Source of the DNA: Microthyrium microscopicum | Taxonomy: Eukaryota | Length of the DNA stretch: 64,000 nt | Direction: 5' to 3' | Assembly (NCBI GenBank): GCA_010405405.1 | Contig: MU004239.1 | Location: 682,001-746,000, forward strand | In this document: positions 37,960-50,178 of the stretch, piece after piece | How the letters are laid out: each line of letters begins with the position of its first letter | How positions within the stretch are numbered: the stretch's first letter is position 1 | Made by a program: the position numbers and the translations under genes | Notes under the pieces: model-generated | Told to the model about the DNA's origin: nothing | What the model saw: the letters and a program-made list of their open reading frames with translations, nothing else | Databases searched by the model: none

Positions 37960-38591
37960 AATTACCTGCTGTTAAGTACGAGTGATAAGCAGGCAAACAG
38001 AGAAAGTGGTTGGAGTTTGATGGCTGATTTCCCCACCAAAAAAAAATCTGGAGTTGAGATGGAATCTACACTGGAGCTAATCTCGAATAAGGCTAGTGTG
38101 GCTTTTGGACTCAACACACCCCTGTCTAGTAAGTCGGCGTCAAGTCTCCTACGGTATCCGAGCTATCGCCAACTTCAACCCCTTTTTCTCCTGTTTACCT
38201 TTATTTCCCCTCTTGCAGGTATCAGAGACTTCGAAAGATTTCACACAAGACTTTGTATTTGGGTGAGCGGACTTCGAATCTACTGGAAGATATCTGTTTC
38301 TAAAATGGGGATATGGAGTTTCAGCAGAAAAAATCACCAATATCTAGGGCAGTAAGGAGAGTTATCAATACGTCGAAAGTGAATCAAAAAAAATTCTAGT
38401 ATATGGAATCTTACATTTTGATCAAGCGACGAAGGATGCAAAGTTCTATCTAACAAGACCAGACCATGAATATGCTTCTCTCATTACAGTAAGCCTTTCA
38501 AGAAATTGGTGACAATGTTGTAGACAATCGTTCCTATCGCGGAAATATTAGCAACTTAGCAACCGGAATACTAGAAACTGTATGATTCAAA

Positions 38592-39641
38592 CTAACCCCA
38601 AGGTTTAGACTGAGTCTTTGCTGCCGTAGTCATCGCAATCCATGCAGTATCATTAGAATTCTTGTATGATTTTGGAAGTGGCTGTCCACTAAATCCAGCA
38701 AGAATGAAGGCTACTGAGTCCCTTTGATAAGCACCTTCAACATATGTAAGATGATTCTGGAATCCGGAGCCAGCAGGATCACAGACCTAGAAGCAAGGTT
38801 AGCCACGAAAAGACAAGCGTAAGTTGAGACATACCGGATCGCCAGGAGCACAATTTTCTCTGAGCACAGCGTTGATAGCGCTAGGGAACGGAGGAGAATA
38901 TGTGTTCATTGGACCTTCGGTGCCTTTGAATCCAGGATCTCCAAACATGACAAACGCTTTAATCTTGGGTATAACACTCGCGTCCAGTTTAGGTCTTGGA
39001 CTAGGTAATAATGGTAGCGGCGCCCCTGGTGATGGTCCCAAAGCATTGTGCCATACACCTGCCCCTTGAGAGTAGCCGACGGCCACGAAGGTTTGGTCTG
39101 GGCATTCTTTGTTTTGGTTGTTCAGGCGATTGATAACGTCATCCATGCCTTGCTGAGGAGAATATTGAAGGTTGAAATTGGCTGGGTACTTTGATCATTG
39201 ATTACAGTTAGTGCTACAACGAACAATCCGCCGAGTTCTCTCGTGGTATTACTCACCTGTACAGCATATCCTCTCGAGCCTGGCAGTGTCTTTGTTACAG
39301 AAGCGACCAAAGGGTCTCCAACGATGGTACCGAACGGTCCTGGCTCACCAGTTCCTCGAGCTGTAGTAGATGATTTAGCTCTAAAACTTTTGACAATGAT
39401 AACCAGCCGGAGACTAACCGACTATCAACTCGTATTTGGAACATCCTTTCGGCGCCGGCCCGTTGGTGACATTCCCGAACGACAATAGCAGTCCTCCAAG
39501 AATACCATTTGGTGCGAATGGATCGGTGCTAGTCCCCGAAGTAAACGGATCAGGCTTGGTTCCCGTGGGTGCTTGTGGCAAAGGTGTTGCAGAAACCAGA
39601 GCAATAGTTGCCACGAGGGCAGTCAGGCGGTCGGCATGCAT
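38592..39641 (-). CDS. Secreted cutinase (CE5), 4 exons
   Basis: Signal peptide, then ARGTGEPG, GYAVQYPA, the nucleophile motif GYSQGA, MFGDP and C..GDPVC..H. Stop at 38592. Confidence 0.92.
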
Positions 39642-40436
39642 ATCAAGTCCTAAAACTTAGGGATCTTGGTTGTCGTACTTGTTCAGGAGTTTCTTAGCAC
39701 TTCATACTAGATTTATGCCTCTCTCAACACGCACGGATCATGAATTTCGCGATACTCCTGCCATGTCTGATATAGCGTCAAACACTGAGGTGTATTTATG
39801 TTATCGTTAACTTATTTTCGGACGACTTTAACTGATTAGTAGAGGTATTTCTCATAGCAATTTGGGTAAGTTTGGGTAAACAATAACATGGGGGCAGATC
39901 AAGCTCATGGGAACTCTGCTAAAGGCATTGATGATGTATATCTACGCTAGAACCAAATCGGGAATCCACATCGCCAAAAACACGAACCCAACCATGCAAA
40001 TTACCAAGTAATGCTTTCTTATCCATATGATTGGTTAGGAGACATGACAATTCTTAAAGTCTGAATGAGCTCAGACAATTCCAGCCACATATCCTAGACC
40101 CGAGCTTGAATTTGTTCAAATCAGTTACTTGGCCGATAATATTGAGCAAACCTGTTGAATTCATTCTCCTATTAACTCGAGAATTTCAACGCATACACAA
40201 TACTTGCTGACCTTTCCAGATCAATATAATTTAGGGTTGTTGTGGGCTTGTGATTAGGTGGACCTGAATAGGTCAGTCAAGAACTCTCTGTATGGTTCCA
40301 TAAGGCTCATTTAATCCGATACAATCCTCGATCAGAACCCCTTTCCTTGCCACCTTGAGAATCTCTGGAATTGTTATATCAACACTCGCATCGTAGCCCA
40401 TAAGTCTCATACAAACACTCAACAATCGAAAGGAAA

Positions 40437-40466
40437 ATGCTACAAATGCTACAAATGCTACAAATG
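40437..40466 (+). repeat. 9-bp tandem repeat (ATGCTACAA)x3 followed by ATG at the gene start
   Basis: atgctacaa atgctacaa atgctacaa atg encodes MLQMLQMLQM. Confidence 0.9.
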
Positions 40467-41994
40467 TTGTTACTAGGGACGTTAGGGCTCTCTATAGTCT
40501 CAGCTGTCCTTGCGCGCCCAGATGGCACAGCTGCTGGTTCCAAGATGAGCCTCATTCTAGCCAGTAAATACTCCTGTCAAGTTTTATCGCGGAGTTTCCG
40601 ATTCATGCGACTAACATAAGATATCTTTAGGACAATCTGGCTATGGTAAAGTCGCAGATCCTCCAGGCGCAGCACCTCGTAGAGTAGACATGCCAGCCAG
40701 GTCAAAGATACCAGGAGCAAAGAGGGTTAAAATACGATCTGGTCCTTATCGCGTGCCAAACATGTCTACTAAAATTATGGGTCATGCTGGAATGTTGTGG
40801 AATTACCCAGATACCAAGGTTGAAAAGCCTTGCGATGGAGAATGTACACTCCTACAGCAACAAGCCGGGCTTGAGTATCCAAATGGCACCAATGGTAAGA
40901 TCATCTCGCCTTTTCGCTTTATTTTCCTCGCGTTACGTAAGCCTTGCTAACATAGAGGTGCGCTTGAAGCAAATATTGACAGTGGAATGTGGTTAGTGTT
41001 AAGCCTAATGATGCTTCACCTCAGCAAAGCTAACAGTTGTAAGGCTCCATCATATGGTTCACTTCAATCAAGGCCCGACTCGTTGGGATCCAGTGGCCTG
41101 GGACTACGGGATGGCATGTATTCCTTTCTACCCAACAATGAACTCTCCAACCAAGTCGGAGCGATTTTATACCGCAGGCAACGAACGAAGTGTCTTCAAT
41201 TACAATCCGCGAGATAACGGCCTTCAGTCCGGCTCAGGATACGCCCTCAAGAAAGAAGATCGATTCTCCTTCCTCGTGGAGCTGATGAACATGAACATGG
41301 AAGACAAAATAGTGTACATGACCATGACCTACGAATATCTGCCCGGTGCCCTACCGAAAAATTGGTACGAGACTAAGAGTGTATGGCTCGACGCTTTCCA
41401 GTGTGGAACATCAGAAGTCAAATCGCCTCAGCAGAATGGCAGTTTTTCAATAAGAAGTGGGCGGTGGTCGCCCAACTTCGAGGGTAAAGTGATATCAGCA
41501 ATGGGCCATCTTCATGATGGAGGTGTCGAGGTTGATATTCAGATGACGGCGGACAAGTCGCTGTGTAAGACACAGACGCAGTATGCCGAAACACCAGAGT
41601 ACATTTGGAGAGGAACTGATATGGGCACTGACAAGGTTGCTACTAAACACATATCGTCCATGAAGGGCTGCACGAACGCAGACGTCGGGCCGGTAGAGCT
41701 CAAAAAGGGGCAAAGCTGGATGGTCCAAGGAAATTATGATTTTGCGCAGCATGATGGTAACCTTGAGGGCGGGAAACAATCAGAGGTGAGTGACTTATAA
41801 TGATAAACTTCGGTAATTTCTCCTTGCTGATGTGTAATTTTGAGCAGATCATGGCCATCGCTGTAGTCCTCATCCAGGTTTCTCCGGGACCATTATTGCC
41901 TCCAGGCAAAACAGTAGCTGCTCCAAAAGCAGCAATGACTGGTCGGTGGATGCTGGAAGAAGATGGGTCATACAAGAGAAGTGTGTATGATTAG
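40437..41994 (+). CDS. Secreted protein with PHM/DBH-like copper-ligand motifs (SURNod19-like), multi-exon
   Basis: Signal peptide. Spliced motifs AGLEYPNGT|NANIDSGMW|LHHMVHF, FYTAGNER, GHLHDGG and QSE|IMAI. Confidence 0.75.
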
Positions 41995-42790
41995 ACAGAT
42001 TCGCTGGGCTATGAGCGTACCTTTTAAATGCAGTTTCGTTGCCGTGAACACCAAATCTTTCTTCAAAGTAGATCTCGGAATCTTTGGACTCTGGTAATAT
42101 ATACAGTTGTCGCGTAGACGTCACCACTTGATAAGTAGGTACCTACACTTTACTTACTTGATACCGCTCTCATCTTACAGTGAATAGCTCATGATATCAG
42201 ATCATCATATAAATGCTGCAATCTCAAAGACTGCCCTGGAATCAGTCGATTTTTTGACTCGGTTGTTCTAATTATCTTCACCCTTCAAGCTTATTGTTAG
42301 TAGCTTGTTTACATAATACTGGATGGCTCGCACTCGAGCAAGTGTGGTGTCTCTGATCGTACTTCGGGGTCATCCACAAGGTGGCGTATTTCCCAACCTA
42401 CTAAACACGAACAGGATAGTTCAATCATTATACTCAGAGAAAAGCGCCTTAGTGTTGAGCGGAGTCACTAACTAATCTCAGACATTGCAGTTGACGGGGA
42501 CATGGTGTCTACCTACTGTGTTGGCATGTTCACTTTGATTTAGTCGCTTTAACGGCAAGTATTATAACTCTATTAGAACTTTACAGTGTATATGGCGATA
42601 ACAACTACTGAGGCGCGCATCCTCATCCTCCTTTGCACCAATAACCAACCCTACATAGTCGCTTTCACGATTTTCAACGCCTTCGAAACCAGGCGTGATC
42701 TTACAGAATGTGAGAAAGCTTAAAAAGTGCCGACCTTCCATTAGTAAAGCTCCTAGTTTTCGTGTTGAAATACACCCACTATAGCACATC

Positions 42791-44211
42791 TCACTGTTTT
42801 GGGGGATCTGGTTTCACAATTCCCGCAATACCAGCGCCTCTAATGGCGTTTAGGACCTGGTCTTTGATAGCTGTGTGTCCGGCCTCCTTGGGATGAAACA
42901 TGGGAGTGCCAATGCCACCACTGCCGCCACTGCCACTGCTGTCAAACGTTCCAAGTCCTCCTTGTGCGATGAGAGCTTGGATTTTATCAGTCTCTTGGCC
43001 CGGACCGTTTGGCCAATCCTGATTATTCTTATCCTGCGGTACATCGGTCGATAAGTTCCACAACCAGACGTCGTCGCTGTGGTAGTTATCATCCTTGGAT
43101 TTACCTGGCTCGCAAAAGCGATGACCCTCAAATTGAGGAGATACATCGACATAATGGTCATTCGATCCAGATGGGTGGCGATAACCGTCGAGAACGTTGA
43201 CATCCCATACGGCCCAATAATACTGCGAGTTGATAGCATCAACAAGACCATTGAGTGCTCTACGAAGCTCTTGACTGAGCTTCGGCTGACGACCACCCAA
43301 CCAGCCTGGAATTGCCCCAAAAGATAGATCATTACATGCCGTATCATCTTGATTGAAGAATTTGACGTAGCCTGTGAGAAATAGATCAAACCGGGGGTTA
43401 GGCTTGGTACGTAATTGACCTAAACTATCAACCATTGTCTCGCGAATCCATCCTCTCATTTTATCATGGTGGTAGTGGCGTCCTTTATGCGTGTCGCGCA
43501 GAGGCTGTTTTCTGCGTCGTCTTTGAAGTCTTTGCCGTAATCTACATTTGGATATGGTTGGTATATACAGGCTTCTGCAATGCCTGCAAAGCCAATATTT
43601 TTCCCGCCGACAGTGAGAGTCACTATTTCTGAGTTAGCGAGAACTCTTTGCGATTAAGACAAAGCATACTCAAGTTGATGTCCTTGCTAAGCTTCGCCAT
43701 CTGTCTGTACTTTTCGTCGGTGTTGATATCCGAAATGTTGTGAAACTGAGAGCCGGAACATGCCACAAATTGATGATCTCGTGGTCCAGAAGTCCAGGTG
43801 CTATCGTCTTGCATTTGGCGGCCCCATGCATGGGATACACGATGACAATTATCTTTGTTACTGTCGTACTGCGTCGCGGTGGAATATGCCTCTCCAGATG
43901 CCCTGGTAATGATTAGAACGGTGCTCTGCCAAAGCACCTGAAGATCTCTTTATTCTTGGGGAGCATGAAACACAAAAAGGGAAGTACATAAAATAATAAC
44001 CTGCTAGATTCTGCGCGATATAAAGGCCACAAGATCAACACACTTACCAGCTATCGCCAAAGGTCGCGAAATTCAAGGTTGGACACTCTGGATTGTTGAT
44101 TTGGTTGTCGCAATTTGCTAAACCGCCTTGATACCATGGTGCCTGAGCCGAAGGTGCTGCTAATGCCAGGAAATTAAGAGTCGATATGAAGGTCAGAAGC
44201 TGAGTAAGCAT
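42791..44211 (-). pseudogene. Secreted SGNH/GDSL hydrolase, frameshifted
   Basis: Signal peptide, FGDSW|ASG, ACSG, TVGGKNIGF, FEGHRFCEP and FHPK..GH are all present. The upstream frame stops at TGA 43458-43456, overlapping the ATG of the downstream frame (43459). No intron is evident there. Confidence 0.75.
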
Positions 44212-45129
44212 GATTATGTCTGAAGAAGTTGAAGATAGAAGTAGCAGGCTTCAAAAGTGTAGTTTGGATATTGGTTGCATTATCGAATCGTCGACTTTAT
44301 ATCTTCAAGCTCCCTCCTACCTGTTAGTATATCAACCAAAGGCATGCTCTGAACCCGTTGATAGAAGTCCCAACAGTAATGCGCCCCCCAAAATGCTTGA
44401 TGTTGGACTTTGCTCCAACATCTCGATCCAATTTCAGGCCTGCGGCATATCTTCAGGAGAACCTGCTACGGCGTCCAAGTGGCAGACATTCGAGCTTGGC
44501 AGATTTTCCAGCGATACAGATCTAAATGCCCTCCTAATGCTATTGTTCCTAGTGTCAAGGGACCGTCGATCTTGGTCTTGGATTGGCCCATTTTTTCTGC
44601 TTCACGTTGGTGTTGGAGCCAACTGATCGCAATTCTTGCCACAACAACATCTAAAAATATATAAACCGGCGGCGTAAGATATGGATTGTGTTGATAATGG
44701 TTCACGGTGCGGTGCTGAAAGACAAATTAGCGAATAAGAAGCTGCAAGAGTTGGTTGTATATAATTGCGGCGAAGCTAGGCGTGTAAGCGCCAGAGGTTT
44801 GGTGTCAGTTGGTGGCTTCATGTCTTTCCAACACCAACTGTTTTTATCAAGTTTGCTTGTCAACCTTACAACAACTTAGCTATTCGCGGATTGGTCTATT
44901 GTTACGGCGCGAAAGAACCAGGTGGCATCCAGCACTAGAATATAAGACTCTCACCATAATAACCGAGTTGGGTTATTTACCTCGCCTCTTGTCGCTCATT
45001 GTGAGACTTGGTACTTTACACATCTCTTTACATACTCTATCACTTTTCTCATCCGCTTGCAGTAAACGAAGACAATCAAGGCTAAAACTCTTTCCATCTA
45101 CATCGCACAAATCTCTAGAAGCAGCTGTC

Positions 45130-46268
45130 ATGCTACTCACCTGCTTGGCAACAACCCTTTTTTGGGGGTATTCCCTCGCAAGTAATGCATATCAGCAACC
45201 AATAGGCATTGTAAAACCTCATACCTCAGGAATCGGCAAGCCCAAAGATAATTTTGGTATTGGCTTCGATTTCTCATCTACCTTTGTGTAAGCAGTCTTC
45301 GACTTGCTTTAACATTAAATGGCTGATCACTATCATACAGCACTGTCGCAATAAGCTATCCGAATGGTACCAATCTTGGACTTGTAAAGAAGGCAACCAA
45401 TAATGAGTACCGCCAAATCTTTCATCACTTGGCTTCATCCTCTTCTCAGCATACATCGCCCCCATATAACGACATAGGAGAAGGGTTCAGAGATCAACCT
45501 CGACAAATGTGGCGCGGCTTTCTGAAGCGCCTTGGTCAGCCGTCTTCAAATGAGGCTCGCATTCTGGGTGAGATGCTGAAAGAGATTATTCCAGAGGTAG
45601 AGGACAGGCTTGGGTACCCTATAACCCACGCGGCAGCTTCGTTCCCTCAGCTTATTGCCCTATACTCGGAAGATATCTGGGATGCTTTTGAGTGGGCAGG
45701 TCTTATCTATCAACAGATCATCTGGATGTCACGACCGATACCAGATTTTAGCGCTGCATATGCTGGATTTGGATTCCAACTCTGCAAGGACTACAAAAAC
45801 CCGGTAGCCTGTCAAAAAGAACAGGATGAGATCGACAATAGGGCCGACAGAGAATCAACTGTGAACGTTCTGCTGAACGATGACGCTCTCATGCTGGCGT
45901 GGCCAGTCATGTACTCGCCTTACCAGTATTTCACATCAGGAGGAAATGTTGCTCAAGACTTCAATCTTGGTTTGAAAGCCTCAAAGTCCAGACCAGATTA
46001 CTGGAATCTCATAGGAATGAGACTTGAGGAATTTTTCCAGGCAACAGAATGGAAGTGGGAAGTTTACAAGCCGGAAAAGGTGTTTGTTTATGGTGAAGGA
46101 GTTTCTCTTGAGCTTTTAGACATTGTAAAGAAGGCCTGTTCGCGGAAGAATGCTCATCCCAAACTCTTTGTTGATGAGGCTGATACCTTAATGTTAGCGA
46201 AGGGCACCGCGGAGCTGGCGAAGCGCGACCTGTACTTATATCCTGGCAAACCTCATCCAAAGTTCTGA
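45130..46268 (+). CDS. Secreted hypothetical protein with remote actin/Hsp70-like pattern (2 exons)
   Basis: Signal peptide MLLTCLATTLFWGYSLA, then GIGFDFSSTFV|TVAISYPNGT, EDIWDAFEWAGL, AAYAGFG, VFVYGE and AKGTAELAKR. Intron 45288-45340 keeps the frame. Confidence 0.7.
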
Positions 46269-46344
46269 ACTAGCGAGTCATTCGAGTCAATACAAAAATG
46301 GTTAAGGAAGGTTTTGCAATCTGGATATTGCTTCACTCAGATAT

Positions 46345-47100
46345 CTACTTGACAACCTCAAATTCGACGCCCTCGCCTTCAGGTACCATGGCTAGCATTT
46401 GTGGTTCTTCACCAAAGCTCACTGGGCCTTTTCCGTACTTCTGAATACGCTCCTCTTCATCAAGCTTCCACGAAGCTTCGTATTGTCTTTCTCTAGCCCT
46501 GTCTTCCTGAGACTCCCACTGCCGCAGTCTTATGCCTTCTAAGTCTGTTAGACTGCCATAACACCACCAAAATGTCCCGAGACACTTATCGGTCAAAGTG
46601 ATGTGGTATCTTTCACCTTCCATGAGATCAACGGCCTCAAGCTTGTCCCGAGGAACCTCAAGCTGTGTCGTAAAGACCCCTTTGCCTGGTGGGGGAATAG
46701 TGACAAATTCCCAATCTTCTCTCAAATTATTCATATCGAAGAAAAAGTGTGGCCAATTGATCGGGTAGATTTCAATCTTTTTTTCGGAGTTATTACTGCA
46801 GATTATGTCTGCGAATGAGCGGTTTTCCAAGGAAGCCAACGGTGACAAGCGTTTTGCAAGAGTAATGCATTGGCCTGGGCGTGGAGTCTTGATGACCCGG
46901 GCAGTCACAACTACGTAAAAAGAATTGGTAGACAACGACGACAGAGAGAGCTGCGAAGGCGAGGTGCTCAAGGTGAGGCCAATGGTAACTGATGGGGTTG
47001 ATGACCTGAAGCACTTTAGTAAGTAGGTACATAACAGGGTGTTATGGAATGACTTAGATGCGTACGTTCTGATGAGAATAGACTTTCCCCTTCCCGACAT
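46345..47100 (-). CDS. Hypothetical protein
   Basis: 251-aa ORF, possibly including a short in-frame intron near 47028-47005. Motif GERYHITLTDKCLGTFWWCYGSL. Confidence 0.6.
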   Translation of the reverse strand: MSGRGKSILIRTYASKSFHNTLLCTYLLKCFRSSTPSVTIGLTLSTSPSQLSLSSLSTNSFYVVVTARVIKTPRPGQCITLAKRLSPLASLENRSFADIICSNNSEKKIEIYPINWPHFFFDMNNLREDWEFVTIPPPGKGVFTTQLEVPRDKLEAVDLMEGERYHITLTDKCLGTFWWCYGSLTDLEGIRLRQWESQEDRARERQYEASWKLDEEERIQKYGKGPVSFGEEPQMLAMVPEGEGVEFEVVK

Positions 47101-47923
47101 GACGATGAAAGAACGCAGAGTGACAGACAGAGAGGCAGAGAGGCAGAAGGAAAGATGTTTATATGGCTGTATGACTTGTCCCTGTTTATTCTACTAATCG
47201 CTGATTCTGTGGAGTTGAGACGGGCAACTTACAAAGTCCCTGCGGGCAATTATGGAGTGCAGTACAGCTCTTTCCAAGAAGCTCTCTATGTCATACAGAA
47301 GTCCGCTTCGACTTACCAGAACCGCTCTGGCACCCCTGTGCTTTAGAGACTATGCGCTTCGTCAGGCTCACCACCACTTGTTTGGCTGCGCAACGAGATA
47401 GCTTTAGATCGTGTGTTGCACCCTTATTTGAGAACTCCAGAAACTGCGAGCCTGCATACAGCTTGAAACAAATCGTTCGACCTCCTGAAGGTTTTTGATT
47501 TGATCAGGCTCTAGGCGCTGGCATTGCCTCAACTCGCCAAATAAGTCATGAAGTCACTCATCTACACTCGCTGGCTAAACAAGCCGGCTTGGACCCAGGC
47601 AAATTGGGCCGTTGTGGTACTGAAGATGCGTCGAGCAAGTGCGAGCTGCTCGGCGCGCGTCAGTCCTCAGGGACACCATAGGGAAGCCCATTGACGACAC
47701 GACATTTCCAGATTACAATGCGGAGAGCTACGCAGCGGCAACGACTGAGATGTACTTCATGGACAAGTGCGGTTTTAAGGATATAAAAGAAAATTGAATA
47801 GAGACTTATTGATGGGGAGACTGGAATCATCCTTGAATATTCCGTTCGAGCAGTGATTGTAAAATACTCGTCGTTCAGAAAACGCAATTACATATCTGAC
47901 ATTTGCTGAATTCTTGTTGTTTA

Positions 47924-49115
47924 TATGACGGCTCATAACGGCCACCCTGGCCACTTCACCAAAGATCGTTATTAAATTCCCGCCCAAATAATATTATTTT
48001 CCCACCCGTTTCTCTTATTTTCCCACCCTTTTCGGACTGCCATACAGTTCTATCACGATAGCTAGTTTCTAGAAGTTTTAAATGATGAACTTATAGAATA
48101 GCTTCTTCTCTATCTTTTGGCCTTTTCAGAATTCTATTACGATACCTAGTCGTGAAGTTATAGAGGATTGAAAACATAGACTAAACTAAGAAGATGAGGC
48201 CGTTAAACTGCCCTTTAAGATAAGGCTGTTAAACTGCTCCTCTTGAAAATAAGGCCTATTAACTTTACTAGGCATTTATATAATAAATAGAAGAGTTATG
48301 AAAATTCTAAAGAAGCCAAAAGATAGAGAAGAAGTTATTCTCTAAGCCTACACTTTTGAATTCTTAGTAATTAGCTATTATGAAAGAGATATATAGCAAA
48401 AGGCATAGAAGCAAAGGAAGCTACTGAAGCCTTTTCTTAATGGAAGCAACTTAGTCACTAGAATAGTAAGGAAAGCCTTAGAAAGCCGCTGATTCTAGTG
48501 AGAGGGGTGGGAATCTAAGAAAAAAGGGTGGGAAAATAATATTGTTTGGGCGGGAATTTAATAACGATCTTCACCAAAATCCAAAAACTAAAAATCTACG
48601 TGTTTACAAATTAATTATTTACACCACAAAGAGCCCAAATTTGAGGATTCTGAAGAAGCTAAATAGCAAATTGAATTTTTCTACATTTTTGCAAAGTCTA
48701 GAAATATTATATTTATATATTTTGCCGCATTTATGATGGTTGGTTATTTCTGAGATCTTTTTGCTTTTTGACAAAAAGTGGAGCTTGATGGGAATACCCT
48801 TTAAGCTTACTAAGTTAGTAGGGTCTATCCCTAAGTTAGTGAGCATAAGCGCCCCTAAATTAGCGAGTCCTTTATGCTCCAAAAATGTTAAGAAAAGATA
48901 CATATTTCTTAAATCAAAGATTCAACTTAAACAACCATAATTAAATAGACTTTTCTACCTCTTAAAAATCAAGCAAAATTCAACCTTTATTATGCATATC
49001 AAAAAACCATCAAAAACGTATTATTTGTGGTGCAAATAATTGATTTGTAAATACATAGATTTTGTACTTTTTGGTTTTGCTGAACTGGCCAGGGTGGCCG
49101 TTATGAGCCGTCATA
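47924..49115. mobile_element. Non-autonomous TIR element (MITE-like), AT-rich/RIP-like, 5-bp TSD GTTTA
   Basis: TIR TATGACGGCTCATAACGGCCACCCTGGCCA(C/G)TTCA at both ends (34/35 match), extending imperfectly to ~90 bp once the nested insert is removed. GTTTA lies at 47919-47923 and 49116-49120. Confidence 0.9.
47964..48569. mobile_element. Nested Mutator-like (MULE) non-autonomous element, 9-bp TSD TTCACCAAA
   Basis: ~65-bp TIRs GATCGTTATTAAATTCCCGCCCAAA(T/C)AATATTATTTTCCCACCC... TSD TTCACCAAA at 47955-47963 and 48570-48578. A second internal inverted-repeat pair lies at ~48040-48140 and ~48295-48398. Confidence 0.88.
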
Positions 49116-50178
49116 GTTTACATTCACTTAGCCTTGCACAACAAGAGAGTGTTCCATAACCAGTCACAGTTCATTATAACAGTATCTGCAAGTACTCAGA
49201 CGTCCATGGCTTTGGAGCAGTCTCGCCAAGGTAATAATTGATTCAATATACAGTGATGGATGTAATGAAGAGCAAGAAACATACCTAGTCTCGTCGATTC
49301 ATTACCACTTTGACGTCGGATTCATTTCCTTGATGCTGCAGCAGGATACTGGGTTCTTCATACTCTGTGTTAGCACAGCGGGAGGCTGTTTTAGAGAATG
49401 AAGTGATCAATCTGATTCCTTCTCTCATCGGCGTGACACCGTTTTAAAAAAGATTGAAAAGCTGTAAATATCGAAGCTGGCTGACACTACAGGCTCTGTG
49501 ACTCAATGCAAGGCCGATTACTGAACAATATTGTGCTAGACTTAGGCTCTGCGACGATAGCTGTGGTTTACTTGATTGGGAGGTGAGAACTTGTCCCCAT
49601 TACTTAGCACCAGATATGGTTGAGAATCTTATGATGAGAGTGCAAGAATACTAAGTGATCATTTGAGTACTTGAAAAGATGGTGTTCGACATATGGTATG
49701 ATCAGAGCACCGTTCTATCTTGTCGATCATGTATGGAGAGCTTTGGGGTGTACATTAACCCTTTCTATAGACGCATTATCCGCGGACCTTTTTCCGACCT
49801 GTTGATTCTGGAGGCGGAATTCTCGAAGGGACGCGCTTCAAATTTAAAGATCAAGCTCACCAAGCTGACTGGATTTGCAGATCTGACGATAGCATCGGGG
49901 ACAGCGATATCTCACCTCATTGGGGCGCAGTCCAATCAGAAGAGTGTAGGATTCAGCCTCTCATGGTCGCACGATCACTTATTTTCGGAGTGTAGGAGAG
50001 AATGTCGTGTTTACGTTGGGTATATAGAGGCCATACATTCTAAAATAATGGCTACAAATTTAAAACATTGTATTTGTGTGCTCAAGAGTCAGTATTCCAC
50101 ATTCTTCCAATCCACGAAGAACACATCCTCTTTGTCGACTTTTGTGAGAGAACCTACAGCTATTCAAACTCCTTCGTT

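Noticed and set aside
48542..48940. Short ORFs inside the AT-rich element as transposase remnants
   Set aside because: Low-complexity K/L/I/F-rich translations with no DDE or other transposase motif.
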